Shown here piece by piece: positions 56,032 through 64,000 of a stretch of 64,000 nucleotides of DNA; within the stretch, counting starts at the first letter, position 1, and every line of letters starts with the position of its first letter. Below the pieces are notes generated by a model. The model was not told the DNA's origin. It saw only the letters and a list, made by a program, of their open reading frames with translations, and searched no databases. A program made the translations under genes and the position numbers. Source of the DNA: a bacterium. GTDB lineage: Bacteria > UBA8248. The stretch covers positions 3,360,001 through 3,424,000 of the forward strand of contig OZ242260.1 of NCBI GenBank assembly GCA_965207065.1. The letters are read 5' to 3'.

Positions 56032-56852
56032 CGTTGAACGAGCCCCCACCTTTGAATGGTGTCCGCCTCGATGGGACGCAGGGCGAAGCGGTCGATCATG
56101 ATCCAGATGACGCCGATCATCACCATGCCGAGGATGACCTGGGCGGTGAGGTCCGCATCCTGCGCGGTGAAGATCATCCACCCCAAGCCTCGCCTTCCGG
56201 CGAGCATCTCGCCCGCGATGACGGCCCGCCATGCGTAGCCGATGCCCAGCCGGGCACCTGTGGCGATGTGGGGCATGGCGCTTGGTATCAGTACGTCCTT
56301 TACGATTCTCAGGCGCGAAGCCCCGAGTGTTCTCAGGGCGTTCACCAGAATCATCGGGGTGCTGCGAACGCCCGTCAGGACGTTGAAGGCTATCGGGAAA
56401 AAGCAGGTGTATAGAATGACGACGAACACCGTCTTCTCGCTGTTGCCCCACCAGACGACGATGATGGGCAGGATGGCGATGCCCGATATGGACTGAAAGA
56501 AGTTCATGATGGGGTAGAACATGTCCGAGACGGTGCGGTTCAGCCCCAGGGCGATGCCGAACGGGATGCCGAGCAACAGGCCGATGGCGCTGCCGATGAC
56601 GAGCCGCCAGAGCGTCTGGCCGATGTAGTTGGGCAATAAACCCTTCCAGATGACGTCGGTAGAAGACAGGACGACCGAAAGGGGTGAGGGGAGGTAGCGG
56701 CTCGGGTTGGGGATGTTCTCGGAGATGACGCTCCACAAGACGAGAATCCCCGCGATGAGGAGCACGAGTTCAATGCCGCCTCCCTTGATGAAACTCATCC
56801 ATCGCCTCGAACGTGCTTTTCCTCTTGGAGCCGTCTCGCTACTCCTCGTCAT
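56028..56852 (-). CDS. ABC transporter permease (SsuC/TauC type)
   Basis: A.RTLGA, P.A.P.I.TG.RL..G..WR.VIA.EM.....GLG. Confidence 0.9.
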   Translation of the reverse strand: MTRSSETAPRGKARSRRWMSFIKGGGIELVLLIAGILVLWSVISENIPNPSRYLPSPLSVVLSSTDVIWKGLLPNYIGQTLWRLVIGSAIGLLLGIPFGIALGLNRTVSDMFYPIMNFFQSISGIAILPIIVVWWGNSEKTVFVVILYTCFFPIAFNVLTGVRSTPMILVNALRTLGASRLRIVKDVLIPSAMPHIATGARLGIGYAWRAVIAGEMLAGRRGLGWMIFTAQDADLTAQVILGMVMIGVIWIMIDRFALRPIEADTIQRWGLVQR

Positions 56853-57627
56853 CGAACACCTCCTCGCGCACGAGGCGTAGGATTTCATCGCGCGGGTCGG
56901 TGTAGGTTTTCTCGGAGAGCAGGTCCTTCCAGATGCGATTCTCGCGCGGAACGTTAATCTTGACGGTGGCCTTGAGCTTGCCCGGACGGCGGGAGAAGAT
57001 GAAGCACCTGTCACCCAGGAACGCGGCCTCATCCACGTTGTGCGTGATGAAGAGAATGGTCTTGCGCGTCGCGATGGCGATGCGGTTCAGCTCTTCCTGC
57101 AGGGTGATTCTCGTCTGCGCGTCCACGGCGGCGAAGGGCTCGTCCATCAGCATCACCACCGGGTTCGCGCACAGCGTCCGCGCGAGGGCGCAGCGTTGTT
57201 TCATGCCGCCCGAGAGCTCGTGCGGATAGCGATCCTCAAAGCCCGAGAGGCCGACCAGGTCGACGAACTCCTGCACCCTTTGCTCCCGCTCGCTCCTGGC
57301 GATGCCCTGAATCTCCAGGCCGTGGCCGATGTTTCTCGCCACGGTGCGCCAGGGGAGAATGGCGTGTTCCTGAAACACCACCCCCCTGTCCGGGCCCGGC
57401 CCCTGCACCTCCCTGCCGTCCACCTGTACGCTGCCCTCGGTGTGGGGGAGAAGCCCCGCGAGGATGTTCAAGAGCGTGGTCTTGCCGCAGCCGCTCGGGC
57501 CGACGACGGCGGAGAATTCGCCGTCCTCCACCGAGAGGCTCACCTGATCGAGCGCGTGAACGTCCTCTCCCGTGTATTCGTCCGGATAGTGGTGCGATAG
57601 TCTGTCGACGACCAGTTTCGCAGGCAT
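56839..57627 (-). CDS. ABC transporter ATP-binding protein (SsuB/TauB type)
   Basis: GPSGCGKTT, VFQ...LPW.TV, LSGGMKQR, MDEPFAA.DAQTR, ITH...EA. Confidence 0.95.
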   Translation of the reverse strand: MPAKLVVDRLSHHYPDEYTGEDVHALDQVSLSVEDGEFSAVVGPSGCGKTTLLNILAGLLPHTEGSVQVDGREVQGPGPDRGVVFQEHAILPWRTVARNIGHGLEIQGIARSEREQRVQEFVDLVGLSGFEDRYPHELSGGMKQRCALARTLCANPVVMLMDEPFAAVDAQTRITLQEELNRIAIATRKTILFITHNVDEAAFLGDRCFIFSRRPGKLKATVKINVPRENRIWKDLLSEKTYTDPRDEILRLVREEVFDDEE

Positions 57628-57652
57628 TCGTATCCTTTCCTCTCAGAGCGCA

Positions 57653-57686
57653 ATCCGCGCCCCGGCGGGTGGCGCGGGGCGCGGAT
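57653..57686 (-). other. Intergenic stem-loop after the SBP gene
   Basis: ATCCGCGCCCCG ... CGGGGCGCGGAT 12-bp inverted repeat. Confidence 0.55.
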
Positions 57687-57701
57687 GTCAGACGGCGTCG
57701 A

Positions 57702-58718
57702 CTATTTGAGGTCCTTGAACCACTCGGGATGTTCCTTCATGGTCCGGTTGATGAACTGGAAGTCGAAGTATTTCTTGGGGTCGTAGGGGCGCTTCATCTT
57801 CTTCTGGGCGATGAGCTGTTTCACCGAGAATTTGAAGGCCTTGAGCGTGTTCTCGCCCAGACGCGTGTCATACGTCCACCACTTGATGGTGCGCTTGATG
57901 AGGGCGGCGTCCATACCGCGCACGTAGCGCGCGCCGATTTTCGAAATCTCGTCGATGTTCTTGGGGTCGCGCACATAAGCGGCCGCCTCGGACATGCCGT
58001 TCACGAACGCCTGGGTCGCCTTCTTGTCCTTGTAGACGCGCTCGGGCACGCCGTGCATGCCCGCGCAGAAGCATACGTAGTCGCCGCCGCGCGACACGAT
58101 GGAGGAACCCTTCACCTTGTCGACCATGCGGGTGAGGTAGGGCTCCCAAGCCACCATGGCGTCCACGCCGCCCGAATCGAACAGCGAGACGAGGCTCGGC
58201 GGACGCACGTTGATTCGGCGCACGCCGCCCACGCCGATGCCGTTTCTCTCGAGCAGGGTGCGGAGATAGAGGTCGCCGGTGGAGCCGAAGGTCGCGCCGA
58301 TTTTCTTGCCTTTCAAGTCCTTGATGCTCTTGACGCCCGTTCCGGGGCGCACGGCGATGCCCACCATCTCATCCGTGGTGGATTTCTTGTAGGAGCCGCC
58401 GACGTAGCCCACGACGCCGCGCACCTTGATGCCGCGCTCCAGCGCCGCCGGCAGGTTGGTGAAAGCGGCGGGCGCGAAGTCGATCTGACCGGCCTTGAGC
58501 GATTTGGTGAGCTGGGCGCCCGTGTTGCGCACGACGACTTTCCCGTCGAGCCCGTTCTTGGCGAAGAAACCCTTGTCGACGCCGACGAAGACTATCATGC
58601 CGCCGGTGTTGCTGGCCGCGCCGAGCTTGAGCGTGGGCGCCGCCGAGGCGAGTCCCGCCGCCGAGAGCGCATAGACGAGCGCGACGGCCAGAATGATGCG
58701 AACAGAATAGCTTTTCAT
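57702..58718 (-). CDS. ABC transporter substrate-binding protein (SsuA/TauA/NMT1 type)
   Basis: Signal peptide; GFF.K.GL, L.AG.ID, IKDLKGKKI....GS, DA...WEPY; GGAGG RBS. Confidence 0.9.
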   Translation of the reverse strand: MKSYSVRIILAVALVYALSAAGLASAAPTLKLGAASNTGGMIVFVGVDKGFFAKNGLDGKVVVRNTGAQLTKSLKAGQIDFAPAAFTNLPAALERGIKVRGVVGYVGGSYKKSTTDEMVGIAVRPGTGVKSIKDLKGKKIGATFGSTGDLYLRTLLERNGIGVGGVRRINVRPPSLVSLFDSGGVDAMVAWEPYLTRMVDKVKGSSIVSRGGDYVCFCAGMHGVPERVYKDKKATQAFVNGMSEAAAYVRDPKNIDEISKIGARYVRGMDAALIKRTIKWWTYDTRLGENTLKAFKFSVKQLIAQKKMKRPYDPKKYFDFQFINRTMKEHPEWFKDLK

Positions 58719-58861
58719 GATAAGCCTCCAAGAGTCCATGATGATAGAAAATGGCCATCTAAAAGATGTCGTGGCCGTGATAGTTTTATGATGGTAACTT
58801 GAGTCGATCATTTTATTGTTTTGAGATGCAAGCGCCATGCGCGTATCCGCTTTCGTCTGCC

Positions 58862-59698
58862 CTATTGCGCCTGCACGATGGGTGTATCCTCCCGGTTCCC
58901 CCATTCCTTCCAGGAACTCATGTAGTTTTTCACCTTGGGATAATCCAGGAGCCTGAGAGCGAAGTAACCGTGCGCCGCACGGTAGCCCGTCTGTCAGTAG
59001 GCTGTAACTTCTTTCTCGGGCGTGACCCCGATGGCCTCGAATTGGGCGCGAAGCTCATCCGCGGGCTTCATCTCGCCATCGGGCGTCAGGTGCTGGAGCC
59101 ACTCCTGCCAGACCGCGCCAGGGATGATTCCGTCCCGTTTGGCCCTCTTGCCCCGTCCTTCCCACTCCTCAATCGAGCGGGTGTCGAGGAGCATGTGGTT
59201 GTCGTCCTCGATGGCCGCCAGTACGTCCTCACGCGTGGCGAGGCGGTGCGGCTCGAACGCCATCTGGAAAGAAGCGGCTTTGGGCACCTCGGCGTCGCGC
59301 GTCGTCTCGAAGCCCGCCCGCTCCCATGCGCCGTAGCCGCCGTCCAGCACGTGGACGTCCTTGTGGCCGAAAAGCTCCAGCATCCAGAAGCCGCGCACGC
59401 TCGTGTTGCCGACGAAATCGTCGTAGAAGACGATGGTGTTCTCGAACGATACCCCCCGGTTTCCCAGCAGGAACGCCCACATGGAGAAAAAATTCTTAAG
59501 CGGCGCCTCGCCCGAGTCGTCGCTGTTCACGCCGTAGACGTCGAAATGCCGCGCGCCGGGGATATGGCCCATCGTGTAGCGCTCGCCGGGGCGCGTGTCG
59601 ATGATTCTTAAATTCGGGTCGTCCATGCGCTCTTTTAGTTGTTGGGCCGACCAGAGCAGGTCGGGATTCGCATAGGCTTTCGGGTTATCGCTCGACAT
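58862..59698 (-). CDS. Tandem-domain rhodanese/sulfurtransferase, probable selenoprotein (U235 at the catalytic position), 278 aa
   Basis: ORF track stops at TGA 58994-58996 (...EVTAY*). Readthrough gives [45 protein letters not shown], stop TAG 58862-58864, completing the fold. Upstream motifs GHIPGA, LDGG..AW, G.IPGA. Confidence 0.92.
58967..58983 (-). promoter_or_regulatory. Candidate bacterial SECIS hairpin for the sulfurtransferase
   Basis: mRNA reads UGA + 10 nt + ACCGUGC-GGC-GCACGGU; apical loop starts with G, 17 nt after the UGA. Confidence 0.7.
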
Positions 59699-59714
59699 GG
59701 TGTTCTCCTTCGGA

Positions 59715-60461
59715 CTAATCCGTCCAGAAGCCGCCGTTCACGTCCACAGCTTCGCCGTTGATGTGGGCTGCTTCCTCGCTTGAGAGGAACAAGACGGTGT
59801 GCCAAACGTCTTCCGGCGTGGTGAGCCTGCCCATGGGATGGGCGTTCGCGGCGTTCACGAGCATCTCGGGCGGTGACTGGAAGTGAAGGCCCGTATCCGC
59901 GGGTCCCGGCTGTATGGTGTTTATCGTCACGCCCGTTTTGGCGAGTTCGCGCGCGAGGTTGAACGTCATGGCGAGCAGGCCCGCCTTGGCGGCGGAGTAG
60001 GTGAGGTTCGGGCCGATGCCACCCATCTTCCCAGCGATGGACGCGAAGCTGACGATGCGCCCCGTTCCCGAGGCCTTGAGCGCCTCGATGGTCTCCTGGA
60101 TGCAGAAATAGGGAGCCAGCAGGTTCACGTTCAGGACGACGTTCCAGTCCTCTTCTTCGAGTTCCAATGGCGGGCGAATCGGCATGTAGCCGGCCACGTT
60201 CGCCAGCACGTCGCAGCCGCCCAGCCATTCGAGAGCCGCGCGCATGGTGGTGCGGATGGCGTCCACGTCGGCCAGATCGCAGGGGAGCTTGAAGAGCTGA
60301 TCGGATGGGCCTTCGATCGCGTCGAAAGCCGCGCCTTCCCTGTCGGTGGCGAAAACCCTGGCGCCGGCCTCGATGTATCCCTGCAGAATACGGCTTCCCA
60401 TCGCGCCCGCCGCGCCCGTGAGGATGACCTTGCGGCCCTGAAAATCAAAACGAATGGGCAT
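59715..60461 (-). CDS. SDR family oxidoreductase
   Basis: TGAAGAMG, N.AG, ASIAG, YSAAK, HPMGR, DVNGG. Confidence 0.92.
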   Translation of the reverse strand: MPIRFDFQGRKVILTGAAGAMGSRILQGYIEAGARVFATDREGAAFDAIEGPSDQLFKLPCDLADVDAIRTTMRAALEWLGGCDVLANVAGYMPIRPPLELEEEDWNVVLNVNLLAPYFCIQETIEALKASGTGRIVSFASIAGKMGGIGPNLTYSAAKAGLLAMTFNLARELAKTGVTINTIQPGPADTGLHFQSPPEMLVNAANAHPMGRLTTPEDVWHTVLFLSSEEAAHINGEAVDVNGGFWTD

Positions 60462-60811
60462 ATTGCGTTACTCCAGTCCTGGTGTTTGGGGATGAACGGA
60501 ATGTCCGTCTTGAACTTCTCGTAACGGCGGATGATACACCACAAAACGGAGAGGAGAAAGTGGAAGGCCGCCATTTCCTGTAATGCCGAAAGGGGCGCTC
60601 ATGCACCGATTTTTTGGGGTTTTATTTTGCTCCTTGAGTTGTTATGATAGTTTCATCGAATGCAAGCGAAACACCATCGAATTCTATCGGGTCCCGAAGG
60701 GATTGCGATGTGCTCGAAGCAGCATACCTATCCAATTATCATGTAAAGGATTGAGAATATAAAAACGCCCTGCGGTATGCGTTTCGATGCCGCGAACGAG
60801 TGGAGGTTGTG

Positions 60812-63097
60812 ATGGCTGAACTCTCATACATCGGAAAAAGCGTGCCTCGCGTCGACGGGCCGGAAAAGGTGACGGGCCGGGCCATGTTCACCCTGGACCT
60901 TCAGTTGCCCAAGATGCTCCACGGGAGGCTGCTGGGGAGTCCCCTGCCGCACGCGCGAATCAAGAACATCGATACCAGCCGCGCCGAGAGACTTCCCGGC
61001 GTCAAACTCGTGATGACGGCCAAGGACATCCCGGAGGGGGTGGAGTGGGGCGTCGTACCCGTTTGCTACGATCAGCGTCCCCTCGCCTCGGACAAGGTGC
61101 GTCACGTGGGCGATTCGGTGGCGGCCGTCATCGCGATATCTGAAGATATCGCGAAAGAAGCGCTCGATTTGATCGACGTCGACTACGAGGATCTTCCCGC
61201 CGTCTTCGATCCGCGCGAGGCGATGCAAGAGGGCGCCCCTGTCATCCATGACAGGTACCCGGACAACATCGCTTTCACCAAGCACATGGAATTCGGCGAC
61301 GTGGACCGCATGTTCGACGAAGCGCACCATGTGAGCGAGTTGGCCACTTCCTCCTCACGCCAGATGCACGGCTCTTTGGAGGCGCACGTCTCCATCGCCG
61401 AGTGGTCGCAGAAGGGCGACGTAACCGTCTACAACTCCTCGCAATGCCCGAGTCTTTCGAGCCAGTATTTCTCGAAACTGCTGAAGATTCCGGAAGCCCA
61501 GATTCGTGTTGTCACAAATTACGTGGGCGGGGGTTTCGGCGGAAAGGCGACGAGCAAGTTCAACATCGATTTCCTCTCCATCATCGCGGCGAAAAAGCTG
61601 AACCTCCCCGTGAAATTCTACTACACGCGGGAAGAGGAGTTTCTCCTCGGCACCCACCGGACGAAGCAGTTCCACGTCTGGCGCATCGCCACCGACAAGG
61701 ACGGCATGCTGCTCGCGCGCGACACCCAGATGGTGGTGGAAAACGGCGGCTATTCGGATTACAGCCCGGCTGTCGGCGGCATCACGGCGCACATGGGCGG
61801 GAGCATCTACAACTACAAGGCCTATCGCCACCACGCCGACGTCGTCTGCACGAACGTGCCGCCCGGCGGCGCGATGCGCGGAATCGGCAACGCCGGCTAT
61901 GCGTTCGGTTCGGAACTCGCCATGGAGAAACACGCCGAAGAAATCGGCATGGACCCGGCGGAGTTTCGCATCAAGAATTTCGTGAGGAAGGGCGACACCA
62001 CCATCATCGGGGCCAAGATTACCAGTTGCGGCGTTTCCGAATGTGTGGAAGAGGCGGTCAAGCGCGTGCCCTGGCGCGAGAAACAGCCGAGCAGCAACGG
62101 GAAAAAGCGCGGCTTCGGGCTGGCGGCGGCGGTCCATTTCACCGGCGCGCGCGCGATGGGGCCGGAGACGGCGGGCGCGTTCATCAAGATGAACAAGGAC
62201 GGCACCGTGCAGTTGCTCTCGGGCACCATCGAGATGGGCAACGGCTCGGACACCACGCTCGCGCAGATTTGCGCCGAAGCAATTGGCATACGCGTGGAGG
62301 ACGTGCGGATCATCAACGGCGATACCGCGGTGAATCCCTACGGATGGGGCGTGCGCGGAAGCCGCACGACGACCATCGACGGCGAGGCCACGCGCCTGGC
62401 GTCGGTCCAGGCGAAGAACATGCTCTTCAAGGGCGCGGCGGAACTGCTCGAGTGCGACCCGAACGACCTCGACGCGCGCGATGGTAAAATTTACGTCTCC
62501 AGCTCGCCCGAGCGGCAGGTGACCCACAGCGAAGCCTACATGAAGTTATATGAAAAAGAGGGCAGTGAGGCCGTCTACACGGCGTCTTCTTACGACTCGC
62601 CGAGCGAGACGCCCGACCCCGTGACGGGTTACGGTAACTGGTCCGCGGCCTACGCCTATGGCGCCAAGGTGGCGGAGGTGGAAGTGGACACCGAAACCGG
62701 CGCGTTCGAGGTGTTGCGCGTCATCAGCACGAACGACTGCGGAACCATCGTGAACCCGGCCGGCGCGCAGGGCCAGTTGGACGGCGGCGCGGTCATGGGC
62801 GTGGGCTACGCCATGATGGAGGATTTCGAGTGCGAAGACGGCCAGCCGGTGAACGCGAACTGGCTCGACTATAAACTGCCTACGACACAGGATGTGCCCG
62901 AGCTCGAATCCGTGCTCATCGAGACGGAAAATCCCTCGGGGCCTTTTGGCGCGAAAGGGTTGGGCGAGATGGCGCAACTGGGCACCTCGGCAGCAATCGG
63001 CAACGCGATCTATGACGCTGTGGGCGTGCGGATCACGTCGCTGCCGATTACGCCGGAAAAGGTGCTGGCCGCGTTGAACGAGAAAAACGGCGAATAA
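60812..63097 (+). CDS. Xanthine-dehydrogenase-family molybdopterin-binding large subunit
   Basis: KVTGRA.F..D, SP.PHARI, GGGFGGK, AMRGIG, EMG.G..T...Q, GSR.T, GPFGAKGLGE; GGAGG RBS. Confidence 0.95.
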   Translation: MAELSYIGKSVPRVDGPEKVTGRAMFTLDLQLPKMLHGRLLGSPLPHARIKNIDTSRAERLPGVKLVMTAKDIPEGVEWGVVPVCYDQRPLASDKVRHVGDSVAAVIAISEDIAKEALDLIDVDYEDLPAVFDPREAMQEGAPVIHDRYPDNIAFTKHMEFGDVDRMFDEAHHVSELATSSSRQMHGSLEAHVSIAEWSQKGDVTVYNSSQCPSLSSQYFSKLLKIPEAQIRVVTNYVGGGFGGKATSKFNIDFLSIIAAKKLNLPVKFYYTREEEFLLGTHRTKQFHVWRIATDKDGMLLARDTQMVVENGGYSDYSPAVGGITAHMGGSIYNYKAYRHHADVVCTNVPPGGAMRGIGNAGYAFGSELAMEKHAEEIGMDPAEFRIKNFVRKGDTTIIGAKITSCGVSECVEEAVKRVPWREKQPSSNGKKRGFGLAAAVHFTGARAMGPETAGAFIKMNKDGTVQLLSGTIEMGNGSDTTLAQICAEAIGIRVEDVRIINGDTAVNPYGWGVRGSRTTTIDGEATRLASVQAKNMLFKGAAELLECDPNDLDARDGKIYVSSSPERQVTHSEAYMKLYEKEGSEAVYTASSYDSPSETPDPVTGYGNWSAAYAYGAKVAEVEVDTETGAFEVLRVISTNDCGTIVNPAGAQGQLDGGAVMGVGYAMMEDFECEDGQPVNANWLDYKLPTTQDVPELESVLIETENPSGPFGAKGLGEMAQLGTSAAIGNAIYDAVGVRITSLPITPEKVLAALNEKNGE

Positions 63098-63116
63098 CGA
63101 GGAGAGGGGAGAAAAA

Positions 63117-63983
63117 ATGGCTTTTCGGCATTTACCCGCGAACAGCGCGGAGGAAACGCTCGCCGCCATGAAGGAGCATGGCGACGACGGGAAAGTGTTC
63201 GCCGGCGGCGTCGCCCTCTCGATTCTCATGAAATCGGGCGTGTACGAACCAGACGTGTTGATCGACATCGCTGGAGCGAACGATCTGGATTTCATCGAAG
63301 AGGCTGAAAACGGCGGCGTCCGAATCGGGGCGAAGACGGTGCACCGCAAGATCGAGACTTCCCCCCTCGTAAAGGAGCGTTTCCCGCTGCTCGCGGAAAT
63401 TTTTCACAACGTGGCTACGATACGCATCCGGAACCAGGGGACCGTAGGCGGCAACCTGTGCTTTGCGGAACCGGCCTCGGATCCGCCTGGCGCCTTTCTG
63501 GCCCTCGAGGCTCGGATGAACACCAGGAAGGCAGACGGGACGGAACGCATGATTCCCGCAACGGAGTTCTGGACGGGATACTACGAATGCGCCCTGGATG
63601 AGGACGAGTTGCTGTGCTCCATCGAGGTCGAACCATTGCCCGATGGTTTCCGGACGGCGTGTACGCGCTTCACCACGCGCTCGAAAGAGGACAAGCCCTG
63701 CGTATCCGTTTCCACCGCGGTGCTTACCGGAGAAGACGGCAAGACGGCAAAAGAGGTGAGAATCGGTCTGGGCGGCGTGGAAGCCGTATTCAGACGCCTC
63801 ACAGCGGTGGAAGATGGCCTGCAGGGCAAGGAACTCAACCAGGAGAACATCGACGCCGTGCTCGCTGAGGCGCTCGATGACCTCGACCCTTTGACCGACA
63901 TCCGCGCGAGCGGCGACTACAGACGGCAGGTGACGCCCGTCCTGGTCCGCAGAACCATCCTGAAGGCGTTAGGCGCGTCCTGA
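63117..63983 (+). CDS. Xanthine-dehydrogenase-family FAD-binding medium subunit
   Basis: AGG..L, IGA, IRN.GT.GGNL....PASD, DIRAS.DYR. Confidence 0.93.
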   Translation: MAFRHLPANSAEETLAAMKEHGDDGKVFAGGVALSILMKSGVYEPDVLIDIAGANDLDFIEEAENGGVRIGAKTVHRKIETSPLVKERFPLLAEIFHNVATIRIRNQGTVGGNLCFAEPASDPPGAFLALEARMNTRKADGTERMIPATEFWTGYYECALDEDELLCSIEVEPLPDGFRTACTRFTTRSKEDKPCVSVSTAVLTGEDGKTAKEVRIGLGGVEAVFRRLTAVEDGLQGKELNQENIDAVLAEALDDLDPLTDIRASGDYRRQVTPVLVRRTILKALGAS

Positions 63984-64000
63984 CTTTCCGGCTTCGTTCT

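Noticed and set aside
60812-63097. Aerobic CO dehydrogenase CoxL
   Set aside because: Lacks the AYxCSFR active-site motif.
2652-63349. Long antisense or alternative-frame ORFs (e.g. 2652-3941, 5088-6572, 41372-42538, 57669-58802, 61355-62527)
   Set aside because: They overlap motif-supported genes and are expected from high-GC codon bias; the 521-aa ORF 55171-56736 is a real permease with a spurious N-terminal extension.
1-64000. Taxonomic or habitat assignment such as a marine host-associated lineage
   Set aside because: The cadherin-like domain and gene content are only suggestive; no marker gene is present in the window.

Overview
Bacterial chromosomal window, mostly metabolic genes, with dense intergenic repeats. 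In order: (1) lutA plus a lutB-like gene missed by the ORF track that runs off the left edge; thioredoxin-like ferredoxin; acyl-CoA dehydrogenase; recQ; aldehyde:ferredoxin oxidoreductase; PIG-L deacetylase; AhpD/CMD protein; SDR; secreted Ig/cadherin-like protein; ABM protein; three EamA paralogs; MFS; sixA; NAD-linked formate dehydrogenase (NuoEF-like fusion plus alpha subunit). (2) A ~13.6-kb MBL-DUF4159-GATase/vWA-DUF4175-TPR peptidase-MoxR-DUF58-BatA cluster. (3) A catabolic-looking cluster with a TIM-barrel/UPF0261 (Tm-1-like) pair, SdhA-like flavoprotein, 3-hydroxyacid dehydrogenase, ubiX, AtzG-like peptide, split FdrA, amidase, VOC protein and TAXI-TRAP transporter. (4) SDR, LLM, cupin, an SsuABC/TauABC-type transporter, a sulfurtransferase, SDR and XDH-family L and M subunits. 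Main hidden signals: two genes broken by an in-frame UGA exactly at a catalytic Cys position, each followed by a SECIS-like hairpin (AhpD C-x-x-U at 11279; rhodanese Y-U-Q-T-G-Y-R at 58994), i.e. probable selenoproteins; and nested small repeats in which MITE-like inverted-repeat shells enclose REP doublets, with some inverted repeats bracketing whole genes. No rRNA, tRNA, CRISPR array or transposase was recognised. All family assignments are by eye from motifs; no database search was run.
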